Source: Camelus ferus
Taxonomy: Eukaryota
NCBI RefSeq assembly: GCF_009834535.1
Contig: NC_045697.1
Location: 34,040,001-34,104,000 of the forward strand
Length of the DNA: 64,000 nucleotides
Direction of reading: 5' to 3'
Shown here: piece by piece, positions 51,886 through 64,000 of the stretch
Numbering within the stretch: position 1 is the first letter of the stretch
How the letters are laid out: each line of letters starts with the position of its first letter
The notes under the pieces: generated by a model
What the model was told of the DNA's origin: nothing
What the model saw: only the letters and a program-made list of their open reading frames with translations
Databases searched by the model: none
Made by a program: the position numbers and the translations under genes

Positions 51886-51929
<44 letters not shown>
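51886..51929. repeat. (AC)22 microsatellite
   Basis: Seen directly. Confidence 0.97.
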
Positions 51930-51931
<2 letters not shown>

Positions 51932-53661
51932 CTTGACCCTAGGAATCACCAAACCTATTTCTGCTGGGTCCACTTGCCCTGCAGCCACCCTGGTAGATAG
52001 TCCACTTGAGCCACTGGAAACCTAATGTTGCCAAATAGTGGAGGGCAGGTTCCTCCCCTGCTGGCTCTCTTCCTTTCTTCCAGGGTAGCAATCTCACATC
52101 CTTTCCCCTGCAGGCACAGGGCCATATCAGCAAGTCTGCACCTAAGCAAACAATCGCTACAGGGAAATGAGGTGCAGGGTGTCCCTTGCTTGTAGGTATT
52201 CCCAATCTTTAGGTGGTTTTCCCTTTTCTCTCCTTAAAGAGGTAGAAAGAAAGCCATCACATTCTTGGCTAGCTGATGACTCACGCGCTGACAGTTTTCT
52301 TAATTGTTCCTTTCCTCTTTTACTGCCTTTCTCGATATACCCTCTTTTCTCTCTTCTTCCTTTCTTTATTTGGGCTGCAGTGGGAATGGCGACTAAAATT
52401 ACAACATCTGCTGCCACTCAGGACACCCAGGAAGGGATGTGTATCCCCACCTATTTGTGGTTATCTTCAGGATGTAAGGGTTTTTTTGTACCTATTTTGC
52501 CCCAGTTTCAGGTTTCATTCATCAACAGGGGACAAAGGGAAAGTCACCCTCGCATGAGTTTCACTCTCATGTCACCAAATTGTTTGGCACGTTGCAGACT
52601 CAGTGACTGAGCAGTACATCTGTCTACCTATGAAGATGACAGTCTTAACGGATGGCCTTGGGTTCGAGATCCAGCTTTGCCTCTTAACGTGTTGTGTGGT
52701 CTTAAGGCAGATTGCTCAATAAAGGTTCAAGTTCCTCACCTAGAGATAATACTTGTGGAACCTTGAGCTGTGGCTGGTAAAAGTGATCAAAGACATGTAT
52801 TATTTAATATTTTCGTCAGACTCACAAGCAGCATCATGGCAACAACGTGCAAGACACTGAGTAAGTAAGGTTTGGTGCCTGACATCAAGGAATTCAAAAT
52901 CTAATTTAGAGACAGACACAGAAAGACATAATTCCTGTGAAATGTGGCAAGTGCAAAAAAGGATACGAAGTACTTACGGGGGCAGGTTGAACCAGGGCAG
53001 CTGTGAAGCAAGATGTCTAGGAAAATCTCTGTTTTAATGGCCTTCTACCCATTCTCTTGGCAAGAGAGAGATTCCTGCCCTAGGGTTATGAGGGCAGCTG
53101 GCCGTTCGACACCTGACAGTGGGCAGAAGACATCAACAGCAGTTGATCAGTTGCAGAGGGGAGGACACTGTATACCACGCAGGGCCACATGAGGGGTGCA
53201 CTCAGGAACAGAGTGAGCGATCAGAGGGGTGGGAGGCAGGCTTTGTGGTATTAAGAGGGTGAGATGCTCCCTGGTTTCCACAGAGTGGTGTGGATATGAC
53301 TGGCTTGTTCGAGGAACTCCGTGGGCTGACAAGGAACCAAAACCCACTACTCAAGGGTATGCAGGACCTGTGTCTGATCTTTATGATGGGGAGTGGTCTT
53401 TGTCTAGGAGACTGTATCCACAGGGGCAGATCCAGGCCCTCCTGGTTCTACCAGATATCAAGGCAGCACATAACACTGAGGCCTTGAGGCCAGGGGAAGA
53501 GCTTAGAAAAAATTCTGATATTCTGGTGCCAAAACACATTCTTCTAAAAATGACTAGGGGAAAGGACTATTTAAAACAAATTACACTAATGTCTTTACCT
53601 CATGATATTTTAATAACTATTGAAGTGCATTTGTAAACCTCTAAGGTGGTACGCATTCCTG

Positions 53662-53707
53662 CACAATCTTCTTGAGCCTGGGGACACAATCTTCTTGAGC
53701 CTAGGGA
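53662..53707. repeat. 23-bp tandem duplication (2 copies, 1 mismatch)
   Basis: cacaatcttcttgagcctgggga / cacaatcttcttgagcctaggga. Confidence 0.95.
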
Positions 53708-54019
53708 CATTAGTCTTTCAGGAATTTTTTTTTTCCAGAACACCAATGAACTATTCCAGGGAACAAAGTTTTAAAATTACTGTTAGAGGTAATGAGGGAA
53801 TCATTAAAAGATTCAAGCTGGGAGTGACACTTTCATATTTGTATTTTAAATAAAACACTCCGATAGATGTGTAGAAGATGAATTTGAAAGGACAGAAATT
53901 TGATTATTTAGTGAAGCCAGCTAGGCTGCTGGGGAAAGCAAGCATGAATAGAAGTACAATGATAGAGACAGGAGAAGGGGAGTCTAAAGGAAGTTTTTAT
54001 ATAGTAGAGGAGGTAAATG

Positions 54020-54410
54020 TACCAGTGGGAAAGCTAGTGATGCTGTAGTCAGAAACACACACCAAAATCTCAGTGACTTAACGCAGCAAAAGTTTCTACC
54101 CTGTTGACACTAAGTGTCATAAATTGACGCAGAGCAGGGGCTCTGCTCCGCAGTTACTCAGGGACCAAGCTGATGGAGATTCCATAATCTTACGGCAGCA
54201 CCATCTGGAAGAGAGTGCTTCTTGGGTCATTACAAAAAGGAGAGATGATGGAGATTCAGGCACTGGCTTTGATTTGAACTAATACCTGTCATTTTTGGCT
54301 GCAGTCCACTGACTAGAAGTAGTCACGTGGCCCTAAGTGCAGTGGGTCTGGGAAATGTGACCTTCCATGTGTCTAGGGATGGGAGGAGAACCAAATATTG
54401 ATAATACCAT
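54020..54410 (-). mobile_element. MLT1J/K-like LTR inside an L2 (L2 at ~53780-54900)
   Basis: ccaaaatctcagtgacttaac…ggggctctgctccgcagttactcagggaccaagctgatgga…agtagtcacgtggcc…ctgggaaatgtg. Confidence 0.75.
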
Positions 54411-54902
54411 TCACAGTAAGTGAGGACAAAAAGAACCAAGCAGGTCTTCCACAAGTGACCAGGTGAATGGTAGTGCCATGAGCTGGGAGTGCGAGGGGAC
54501 CAGAAGAGGGACGAAGTATCTGGGAGATGAGATGACAAACACATTGAACACTCTGAGTTTTATGTGAAGAATTTCCATCTGAGGATGACAGGTAGATTGT
54601 TGGCAATTTTAAGTCTAAGTCTTAAAGGAGAATTATATCCTGGAAATAAGATTTAGAAATGAATCATCATAAATAGTTAAAACCAGGAGTGGAAGTCCTA
54701 TCCATGAAGAGCAGGATGTTCCCTAAGGGACATCAGAGTTTTTTGACTTGAGAGAAAACCCCAAGAAGAGGAGGGGAAACTGTCAGAGACGGGCAAGACG
54801 AGAATGCAGAAATGCCATTTCAAAAAAGTGAAGGAAGGTGAGGTTCTGAGAGAAAGTTATCAGCAGCAGCACACACACCTGAGCGATCAGGTAAGCTATG
54901 GT

Positions 54903-55222
54903 GTGTCTTTTTGATGATAGTCATTCTAACAGGCATGAGGTGATATGACCTTGTGGTTTTGATTTGCATTTCTCTGATGACTAATGATGCTGAATACATT
55001 TTCATGTACCTTTTAGCCATTTTTATGTCTTCTTTGAGAAAGCGTGTATTTAGGTCCATCACTCACTTTTTAATTGGGCTATTTTGGCTTTCTGCGACGG
55101 AGTTGTATGGTTTCCTTGTAGATCTTGGATATTCGTCCTTTAGCAGATACATGGTTTGCAAATTTTTTCTCCCATCCCGTAGGTTGCCTTTTCATGCTTT
55201 TGATTGTTTTCTTTGCTGTGCA
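54903..55222 (-). mobile_element. Internal LINE-1 ORF2 fragment without a 3' end
   Basis: Minus ORF DLNTRFLKEDIKMAKRYMKMYSASLVIREMQIKTTRSYHLMPVRMTIIKKT. Confidence 0.9.
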
Positions 55223-57355
55223 TTTGAAATATTTTCTAGCCTTGTCAGTTTAAAATCACACTAGGTATCTATTTCTCTTCTTTGTTGAATTGTCAAAAAC
55301 CGAAAAAGAAGCCTTTGCAGAAAGAGGTTCATGAGAGAAAGAGACGCCAGCTCTAGGCTGACATGATTTGAGCAGTGAGAGGACAGTGAGTGAGGAAATG
55401 GAAGAGGCAAAGACAGTGAAGTTTTATTCCCAAGCTTCTTCCTCAACCCTCATGAATCATTCATATATTCAACCAATATTTAGTCAAACTTATTAGGGTG
55501 CAAACAAGACACATGAGATTTCTGCCCTTGAGTTGCTCTGGTGGATTGAGTGTTACATTTTCTCCTCATTGTTCCTGTAACATTTTGTACATTTCTTTAT
55601 TTTAGCACTTTTAACATCGCATGATATTTATTTATGTCTCTTAGCTCCCTTAAAACAATGAACTCATTCGAGATAAAGACCGGGTTGAGATTTTATGGAT
55701 CTGTATATACCAAAAGCTCATCACAATGCCTGGGCAGAGCCGTCATGCAATACAAGTTTTTTCTTTTTAATTATATCATTTAAATCTCACAATTCTGAGA
55801 GGTGGGTATGAGTAGCCCCATTTCCCAGAGAAGGTAGCTGAGACCTGGCGTGGCTACACCTCAGCAGAGGTCATAAGCAGAAAGCGGCAGAGCAGAGCCC
55901 AGAATCCAGGCTTTGGATTCCAGGTCTGTTTCTCTCCATCACACCAGGCCTGCTTTGACATCTTTTCCTTCTGCGGTGATGGATTCCAAATCACTTATGC
56001 ATAGCTTTTCCAATACCTCATTCTATTCAAGATTGCAGATTAGCAGTACAATCTGAGATATGAACAGGGTAATAGATCAAACCAGTCCACAGACTCCCAT
56101 AGCGCCCAAACCCACATTTTAACTGAGCCGAGCCACTGCACACTATACTAAGACTAACCATACAAAAGTGGTGTTTTATGTCCAAAAATGTCAAACAGCA
56201 GCACTTTCCTGAGGTTCAACCAAATAAGGTATAGAGTCATTCTTTCTACAGTATGAAACTTAACATATGAACTAGGAGTATCAATTAAGAAGCATGAAAC
56301 TAGGCAGTGGGGTGGGGAAGAAAGATTTTAGAAATGCAGCCCTAACAAGGTTTGTGACCATGTTCCTTAAACAGTCTAACCCTCAGTACCCTAGTGATTA
56401 TAATGGACATGCTCATTTCTTCCTAAGGATGAATGATGTGGATGTGTATGTAAAATGTCCAGCTCTAGACCTGACCCATACATCAATGGCAGCGATAATT
56501 ATGACCACAAGCAAACATGGATGATTTTGATACAGGTGTCGATTAATCACTAGTGTTTATTTCCAGGGTTTATTCTGGAGAAGAATTTCTAACTTGCTCT
56601 ACATATTCTTAATATAATAATGTCCCTGGAATTCCTTGTGATGATGTGCATTACTTGCCCCAGAAGTAAAAGGTCTACTGCATGGAAAGTCTAGCAGATG
56701 CCTGATACCTAACACCTTTTTAGTAAAAGGTAATCTTCAACAGGGAAGAAATAGCCAAGCAGTGGGGCTTCAAGGATAAATATTTATACGGAATTTCTCA
56801 AAGAACTCTCATGAGCACTGACTCCTCCAAGCTCTAGAAAAGTAACCCAGCCAAAATCTTCCTCTTGAACGAAAATTAATCACCAGAGTGGCTGTTTCAA
56901 AGCAATCTAGATAAATGGCCACCACGATCTTCAGTTCCAGGGTCCTTTGGTCAGCAATGGGTTAAACCAAAGTATGTCTTAAAAATATGAAAATATAGCC
57001 TAAAAGGACTGTGATAAAGGATTCTTCTAGTATAATTTTATTTTAAAATCCATGTCTTAGTAACAAATTTCTGGGAATCAAGCACCTACTTATATAATTG
57101 AAAAGACCAAAATGGAGATTCTTTGGGAAGAAAATATAATCCAACCTACTCTTCAAGCCCAGCTTTGTTGTTTTATGAGAAACTAACTGTATATCCTTTT
57201 GTCAGAGTTCTAATATGGCCTTTATCTATTGTATGAAGATCAGAAGTGGGACACTAGACTTCATAATCTCCTACTTTTTCCCCTGTAGATACAGCTAATA
57301 TTGGTAAAAAATTTCAGTCTACAAACTTAAATATGTCCAAATGCATTCTCTAGTT

Positions 57356-57438
57356 GGGAGGGAAATAGCTTAGTGGTAGAGCACATACTTAGCATGCACG
57401 AGGTCCTGGGTTCAATCCCCAGTACCTCCATTTTTTTT
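57356..57438 (+). mobile_element. tRNA-Ala(AGC)-derived SINE or retropseudogene (resembles the camelid Vic-1 SINE head), with 11-bp TSD
   Basis: A-box tagcttagtgg, anticodon loop ttagcat, B-box ggttcaatcc, ends …acctcca then T8. TSD aaatgcattct at 57339-57349 and 57439-57449. Confidence 0.88.
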
Positions 57439-58750
57439 AAATGCATTCTTTATTTTCTAAAATTTAATTTTAGACTGTGTGGCTCAGTCTAGTAGTTTCC
57501 TCATCCTGTCTCAAATCAGCACTTCCTCAGACACTTCAGCTGTAGACGCAGTAACACCAGGACTAGTCTCTTTCTTCCTGCTCGTCTCCCCAGCATTGAC
57601 AGTGAGCTCAGAGGTCACCAGAGTAAAGGACCAGGAGAGCAGAGGGGATGTGCTGCAGTCTATTTGCACTGTCTCCCCTTGATTCCACCCCTCCCCCTGG
57701 GGTTGACTATAGGCTCTGGGGTGCTTAGGGATATCTTACCCCAGGGGGTCAAGAAGGGGTTGTTCTACATTCCTGCTCAGTCTGTTGGATCCTGAACCAG
57801 CCTCTGACTTCAGATATAACTTGCCCTGTCTGGGCCACAGCACAGGTGAAATCAGGCTCACTCCAATGGTAACTGGACCTTCCACGGGTACTGACGCAGG
57901 TCCCACTGAGCACTTGTAGCACTAGCAATGCACCCAAGACTTAACTGGGTCTCTGATCCCTGGCAGGAACTGTCCCTGCTGCATCCTTCCAATGAGGTCA
58001 CCTTGAGATGTCCTACGGGACCACAGGTGCTCTCCCAGTGCACATCTGCAAAACAGCAACCCTTGGAAATCCTCCCTTACTATGATGAACCCACAAGAAA
58101 CTCAGATGGAATTGTCTCCAGCACTCTGAAGCTTTAACAGAGTGTACTGCTCTCCAAATAGTGGAATGAAAAGCTTTCTTTCTACAATGTTTGCTTGCCT
58201 TCAGCATTAGGTACAGTCTCTACTCCTATCCAGAACTTTAAAGAGGACCGTCTAGCATCGTACCCCCAACCTAGAACCCAGCTTGAAGGGGCAGAGGCAG
58301 ATGGGGCTTCCCAAATTCACATCTGGCTCTTTTTCCCTCTCTGCTTCTCTTCCTCCCTTTCCTTCCTTGAATCGTCTTTAACTTGTGTATGCGCTGGGGG
58401 GATTCAGGGTGAAAAGAATTCTTCAGAAAGTTTACATGTATAGACATCCTTCGGACTTTCAAGCTAGTGTCTTTTAAATCAAAGAGCCATGAATTTGTCA
58501 TGCTTGTTACTCAGGTTCATGTAATCAGTCTTATTGTCTTAGCCAGGGGTGGGCATGAGGTCCTTGGATTATAAGTGAAGAAACTCTATTTGTGATTTGA
58601 TGACAGAATAATTCTATACCTTCCTTTCCCAAAAGATCTATCTGCTTAGAATGAGAGCAGGGTAATATTACAAACCACTGATCACAACACCAATACAGAT
58701 AGTTTTAATAGGAACCATTCTGTCAACCACAGTACCCTCTAGCTATAGAC

Positions 58751-59470
58751 CAGAGTTTCTCAGCGTCAGCATTATTGACGTGTTGGGCTGGATAATTCAT
58801 ATGGGGCACTGCCCTGATTATTGTAGGACATCTAGCATCTTCCCTGGCCTCTTTTCACTAGACACTATTGGTACCCATTCCCCAAGTCATGGCAACCAAA
58901 AATGTCTCCAGATCCTGTCAAATACCCCCTGGGCCAGGGTGTCAACTGAAACAAAATGCACAACCTAAAAGTTGAGAGTTACGTTCTATTCAGTGGACTT
59001 TCTGAAAACTTGAGCCCAGGAGGCAGCCTCTCAGATCGCTTTAATAGAGTGTTCCACCCAGGCAAGAGAGAAGCCAGGATATGTGGGAGTTTTTGCAACA
59101 GAGACCAGGTAGTCAGAACATCAAAAGATGACTGTTAATTAAAGAAAACCAGACATCTCAAGTGAAGGAATTTAGCACTTTTCTATGTATAGGGAGGTGC
59201 AAAAGTCTGGGCTCACTGAAATCATTCCTTTGATTTGCACCTAGCTGTCTGGGCCGGTATCCCGTTCTTCTGCATCCCGAGTTCCCCCAGGGTGCACCAC
59301 TGAGGGTGGCAGCAGAGGTGCCCACTTGTCTCCCTCCTGAGTTCCCTCCATTCACTGTCAGGGGTGACAGTAGTGGCTGATGACTTGATGGCCACAGCAT
59401 CCTTTGTTTACTGACATGGCTGACAATATGTTTCATTCACAGGGGACGTCACCCTCAGTCGAGAACAGTG
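58751..59470 (-). mobile_element. MER20 split by an LTR (MER20 parts 58751-58939 and 59442-59470)
   Basis: …aaaatgtctccagatcctgtcaaataccccctggg [LTR] …tcaccctcagtcgagaacagtg. Degenerate 8-bp hAT TSD ctatagac / ctgtagat. Confidence 0.85.
58940..59441 (-). mobile_element. Complete solo ERV1 LTR, MER41-like (artiodactyl type)
   Basis: TG…CA ends (tgtcaactga…ttcaca), flanks aggg/gggg, and motifs cacaacctaaaagttgagagtta, gcccaggaggcagcctctcagat, gtctgggctcactgaaatcattcctttgat. Confidence 0.8.
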
Positions 59471-62400
59471 CTGTAGATGGATCCTGAAGCAACATGTGAT
59501 GCCTGTGTAATGCTTCTAAGTATTCTGATGATAGAGTGCCTCTAAGAAGCACTCTGTAGCTGTAACTTTGCAAAAGCACCCTTTTCTGTCTTCCCTGTGA
59601 GTTAGGTAGTGCAGATTATTGGTCCCATTTCCACAGATAGAAACTTGGAAGCATTCAGCTTTCCCAGTCAGGTCGTGAAAGTCTGTGCTTTCATTTCCCT
59701 TCTCTGAAAAGTGAAAATGATAATCACTGTTCTTCTTTTCTAGCCTGAGATCATGAGCGCGCTGCCCTGCCCTGACTGCTATTCCCAAACATCTACACCA
59801 GGCAGCTCCAAAGATAAACTCATATTTGCCTGTCCTCCTATTTCACAGACATCAGAAAAAAGCCCTCAACATCAATAAAATGGCAGCAAGACCCATGTTT
59901 CATCAATGTAACTGCCAAGTTACATGGAGTAAAAAATCAATTCCAGCAAAACCAGTAATAATCAGAGTTTTTTTTTCTGTCATGCCCAGACACAATGCAA
60001 TTTTTAAAACACAGATATTAATGTGCCCAACATGCCTACCACTATATCTTCTGTGATGCCAATCTAGCACTTGGGAGTGAATGCAGATTAGCTATAGATA
60101 CAAGCAACTGTGAACTGTCAGCTCCACGACATCCTATCCACGTGGACCTTAATGGTTAGGAAATTATACGAGAACATATAATAGTTCGTGAGCCACAAAA
60201 GCACATGGCCTCCTAGTCGCTAAGCCTATCCAGTCTGATCCTAAAGGGAATCCAAAAAAACATGGGATTTTTGAAGATGGCTGAGAATTGCCAGAGAAAA
60301 GTTATCTTGTTTGGAAATAAAACCCACCATTTGTAGATACTAGAGCTTGGTATTGTATTATTATTGCAGGTTGTATGCAACACATCTGTAAAAACCCAGG
60401 GCAGGGACTACATACTTTGCATCCACAAATGCGGAAGGCATCAGATTTAGCAATTGGATGGAATGAGTCTCAATAAATGGTGTCTGAGTGTGAGAGCTAA
60501 GGTATATGAGACTAAATGACAGATTGTGGTAAAAGAAATCAGAAACGAGGCAATTTGTTAACAAAATACAAAAATAAACTCTGACCTGACCCCATAGAAT
60601 GCTAATTTTTAATTTAATGCATTTTAGTGCTATCAGCTGCATAATAATAATAACAGAGATGTGAAGAATGGGTTCAGATCATTTGCTGCATGTAGATACC
60701 TGTTGTTAATGCATATGCATAGCTAAGCTAGCATAGATCGTCCTTTGGAAGATGTTAGTGAAAAGACTACAACTTAAGCATTAAATAGACCAAAACAGGT
60801 CATTTGTTGTAGTCATTTTAGTAACAATCAGAGTTGTATGTATTTAAATATAAATAGATATTTCTAAGTTAAAAATATGGATTTGTGACTAGGTACATTA
60901 ATCAGAATTTGTCTAGTGTTATTTAACATAAGTGAACTTTAAAATAAAACCTTGTAAGAATCAGTGATCCAAAGCTAAAACAGTCAGGAAAAATGTAAAA
61001 CTCCTGCACCAGAAAGGATTAAAATTTTCAATGTCCTGTCTCTGCCTATGACTCTGGAAGGTCTTGAGTGCCCTCTACAGGTCATTCAAATAATTTTCAC
61101 AGATTTGAAGTTTACTTTCCCAGCATCTATTTAGGCAATTTCTAGAACATAAAAATAATTTACTAGGGTTTTATTTTTAAAAGGATTACATGTTCACTAC
61201 TTAATTTTTTAAATAAAACACCCATAATTATAACATTCAGAGATAATCATTATTGACTATTTTCATACATATCCTTGGTTATATAAACACAAACATATAC
61301 CTTTTTATTACGTTTGTTTTCTCTTCAGAGCATCCTGTAAATATTTTACCATGAATGGTTGGGTTGAGTTGGGGGTTTTTTTAGTTTTTAATGGGTTCTT
61401 CAAAAATGTATTTTGTTGACAAATCACCACTTTTTATCATTAGAATTTCTCAGTGAAAAGTGACCCTCTTTAGAAAAAAAGAAGAATTAAAATAAAACCA
61501 AAAGAAAATTTGACCATAGATACCCCAAATACTTTGCAGTTAATACAAACTAGAAACAAGTGGATACGGATTTTTCTCTGAGACATAAAATATTCTCTCC
61601 TTTGACTGTTAAGACAAATAAAATATAGTTGGCTGTTTTGAGAAAATTTTATTGATAAAAAACATACAAGACAAACCCTTAATACTAAGATTTTAGCATT
61701 TTCAGATGTGATTATTTTTCATGTCACCACTGATTTTGGCCATAGAGCAACCTTTATTCAGATCTTTAACCAATAATGTCCCTAAAACATAGGCACCCAC
61801 ATAAATTAATGCAATAAAGCTCCATTAGCACATTGGACATCGCGAAGGGAAGGTTACTGCCATGAGCCTATACACCATAGAACACCAAATGATTATTGGC
61901 ATTGGCAGAATGGAATACACCATTCCATGTTCCAGAAGGGAAGAAAGATAAGTTCTGAGATACTTAGACTGACAAGATGATAGATTCAGTCAGGGAAAGA
62001 GCCTAGCCCTGGATCCCACAGAGCAGGGCTCAGTAATCTACAGAAGGCACTCAGTTCCTCCAAACACAAGTCAAAATAGACCTCACTTCCTTATTTGATA
62101 GGATTGTAAAATCATTGAATCAGGAAAATGTGATAAATACAGAGACACAGACTCAAAGCTGAAACTATTAGGCAAATATTAAATGAATAAATGATGGTGC
62201 CACCCCACGAAGTGCTGATTGAAGACTTTTGACATCAGCTGAGAGGGATATTGCCAAGAAAGTGTGATAGGGCTCTGTCTTTGTCTCTGCCATCCCACAT
62301 TTGTCTCACTCAAGGGAATAGTGATAAAAGGCATATTTATCAAATTTGAAGAGAACACGAAACTAAGAGGGTGAGCAAATAAAGATAAAAAAAAGAAAAA

Positions 62401-64000
62401 AACCTCAGAACCAGTTTGTGCCTCCAAAAAAAAAAAAAAAAGTCAAAGGCAAGTCAAATTGAATTAGATAAAATTTAATGGAGACAATATTAGATCCTAT
62501 ATTTGCGTCCAAAGGAAAAAAAAAATCATGTGATTGTCAAAAAAGTTAATTTAATTTGTACTGCTTTCCTAGAGGACCAGTGACTTGAATAGGGGAAGTC
62601 CTGCTCTTTGCTAGCCAGCTACACCAAAAATAGCGTGAGTTGGACAGGCATGGCAGGAAGCATGTGAGAACGTCCATCATCAGCGTGGGGCCAGAAAAGT
62701 GGTAGAGGAGGTCAGGTAGGGCCAGACAGAGACTCAGCCTCCAAGAGGGCATCTGAACAACCCAAGGGGTAACTACTGCATGCCGTCCCACCTGACAGGC
62801 AGTATCATTATGAGAAATTACAGGTGGCAGCCAAGTTAGAAGTCAGGACAAGCCACAATCAGGGTCAGAAGATCTGAAGAAGGCAGCAGGAGTCCCACCA
62901 GTGGGAGAGTTAAGAGGAGCTGGATATATTCCAAATAAAGAAAGCATGGAAGGAAATCTGAGGCAGTGCACTAGAGCCCCTGTGGGTATCTGAGGTCCAG
63001 CAAAGCCATTTCGCCATCAAGCCCTGTAGGCAAAATGTCTACATACTATGAGTTTCTCAAGGGTCTTAAATAATTATTGGCTCCAAAATACAAAAGAAAA
63101 ACTACAATATTAAAGCTACTATAATATGATGTTAACAAGTCAGCTGCAGCCCAGTGCTTTTATAGTGACATGGAAATTAGGTTTAACACGGGATGTGAAT
63201 GCATTTGATGCAATTAACATAATGTGGGAAGGTGTTTCCAAAAGCAAAAGTGTCTGGGATCTTTAAATGGAAATGATCTAGTGTCGACAAGGATTAATGG
63301 ACTATGTGGTATTAAGCAGTCAGATATGAAGGAGCAAGAAAGTCATTCTGGAAATTTACTCATCGGCCAAACATAGGAGGTGCCAAGGCGTGAGGAGTGG
63401 GGAGAAGCCTGAGCACCCTGACCTCGCTCCTGGTGCATCCGGTCCTAGGTCTGACTGGACATGGAGGGGAGGGAGGCTTCTCAGAGAAGGCTTAAGAAGC
63501 CAGGAAACATGCCTGGACTTTCAGACTCCAAATCTGAAGGATGAGCTATAATTCTAAATCCGCTGCTCCCTGCTTTCTAAATCAGTCAGGAGTGGCTCAA
63601 TGCCCACGGCAGGATTCATCTTGGAGGTGAGTCAACACCACAGGAAAACTCAAAAAGAGGGAGAAGAGACAGGTAGACATGACCTCCTCTCTGTCTGGGG
63701 CTCCTGTGCTTCAAGGGGCATAGAAGCAAACAGGAAACTACTGAGAGGAGAAACGCTTCATAGATTGAGTCTATCCTGGGAGGGACCAGGGCCTGAAGAA
63801 GGAAACACTGAAAGGGATCATAAGAGATGTCCCCCAAAACGGGAGGCTCTGCCCTGTCAAAAAGGTACTGGGTTTGTTTTCTGTTAGCACAAGGGGTAGA
63901 CAAGGACCAGATGGGGAAGGATCTCCGAGAAGATGAATTTTTACTTATTACAAGGACACATTTTCTAGTGATTACCTAAAAATATAATTAACTACCGAGC

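Larger units (their letters stand above)
7078..64000 (+). other. GABRB1: Long intron downstream of the Cys-loop exon (>56.9 kb, continues beyond the window)
   Basis: Begins with GTGAGT. The next expected beta-subunit exon (YGYTTDDIEFYW…) was not seen in the sequence or the ORF track. Confidence 0.8.

Noticed and set aside
52167..53636. Longest ORFs (147 aa at 52167-52610 and 135 aa at 53229-53636)
   Set aside because: No recognisable domain or exon structure, low-complexity composition, and lengths compatible with chance.
57356..57430. Functional tRNA-Ala gene
   Set aside because: It is flanked by a TSD, has an altered 5' end and has mismatches in the anticodon stem (catac/gcacg), so it is a retroposed copy.
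1..64000. CRISPR arrays, operons or prokaryotic systems; snoRNA/snRNA/miRNA genes
   Set aside because: The sequence is mammalian intron. I saw no repeat-spacer arrays or recognisable small-RNA genes by eye. An Rfam/Infernal scan is needed to exclude small RNAs properly.

Overview
Mammalian (very probably camelid) genomic DNA. Almost all of it is intron of a GABA-A receptor beta-subunit gene on the + strand, most likely GABRB1. The only nuclear coding exon I can support is an 83-nt Cys-loop exon at 6995-7077 ([31 protein letters not shown] flanks). I found no next exon in the following ~57 kb. The rest is dense in interspersed repeats: L1, L2, MIR, MLT1/MLT2/MER21/LTR33/LTR41 and MER41-like LTRs, MER20/MER5A DNA transposons, a tRNA-Ala-derived SINE and microsatellites. 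Repeat family names come from remembered consensus sequences and their boundaries are approximate. The most notable item is a well-preserved 293-bp mitochondrial insertion (NUMT: ND4 3' end, complete tRNA-His, start of tRNA-Ser) at 48052-48344. Smaller curiosities are a SINE with a T-tail, a short telomere-like tract, a perfect MORE (POU dimer) palindrome, nested insertions and a few candidate cryptic exons or enhancers. I see no convincing evidence of a new biological system.
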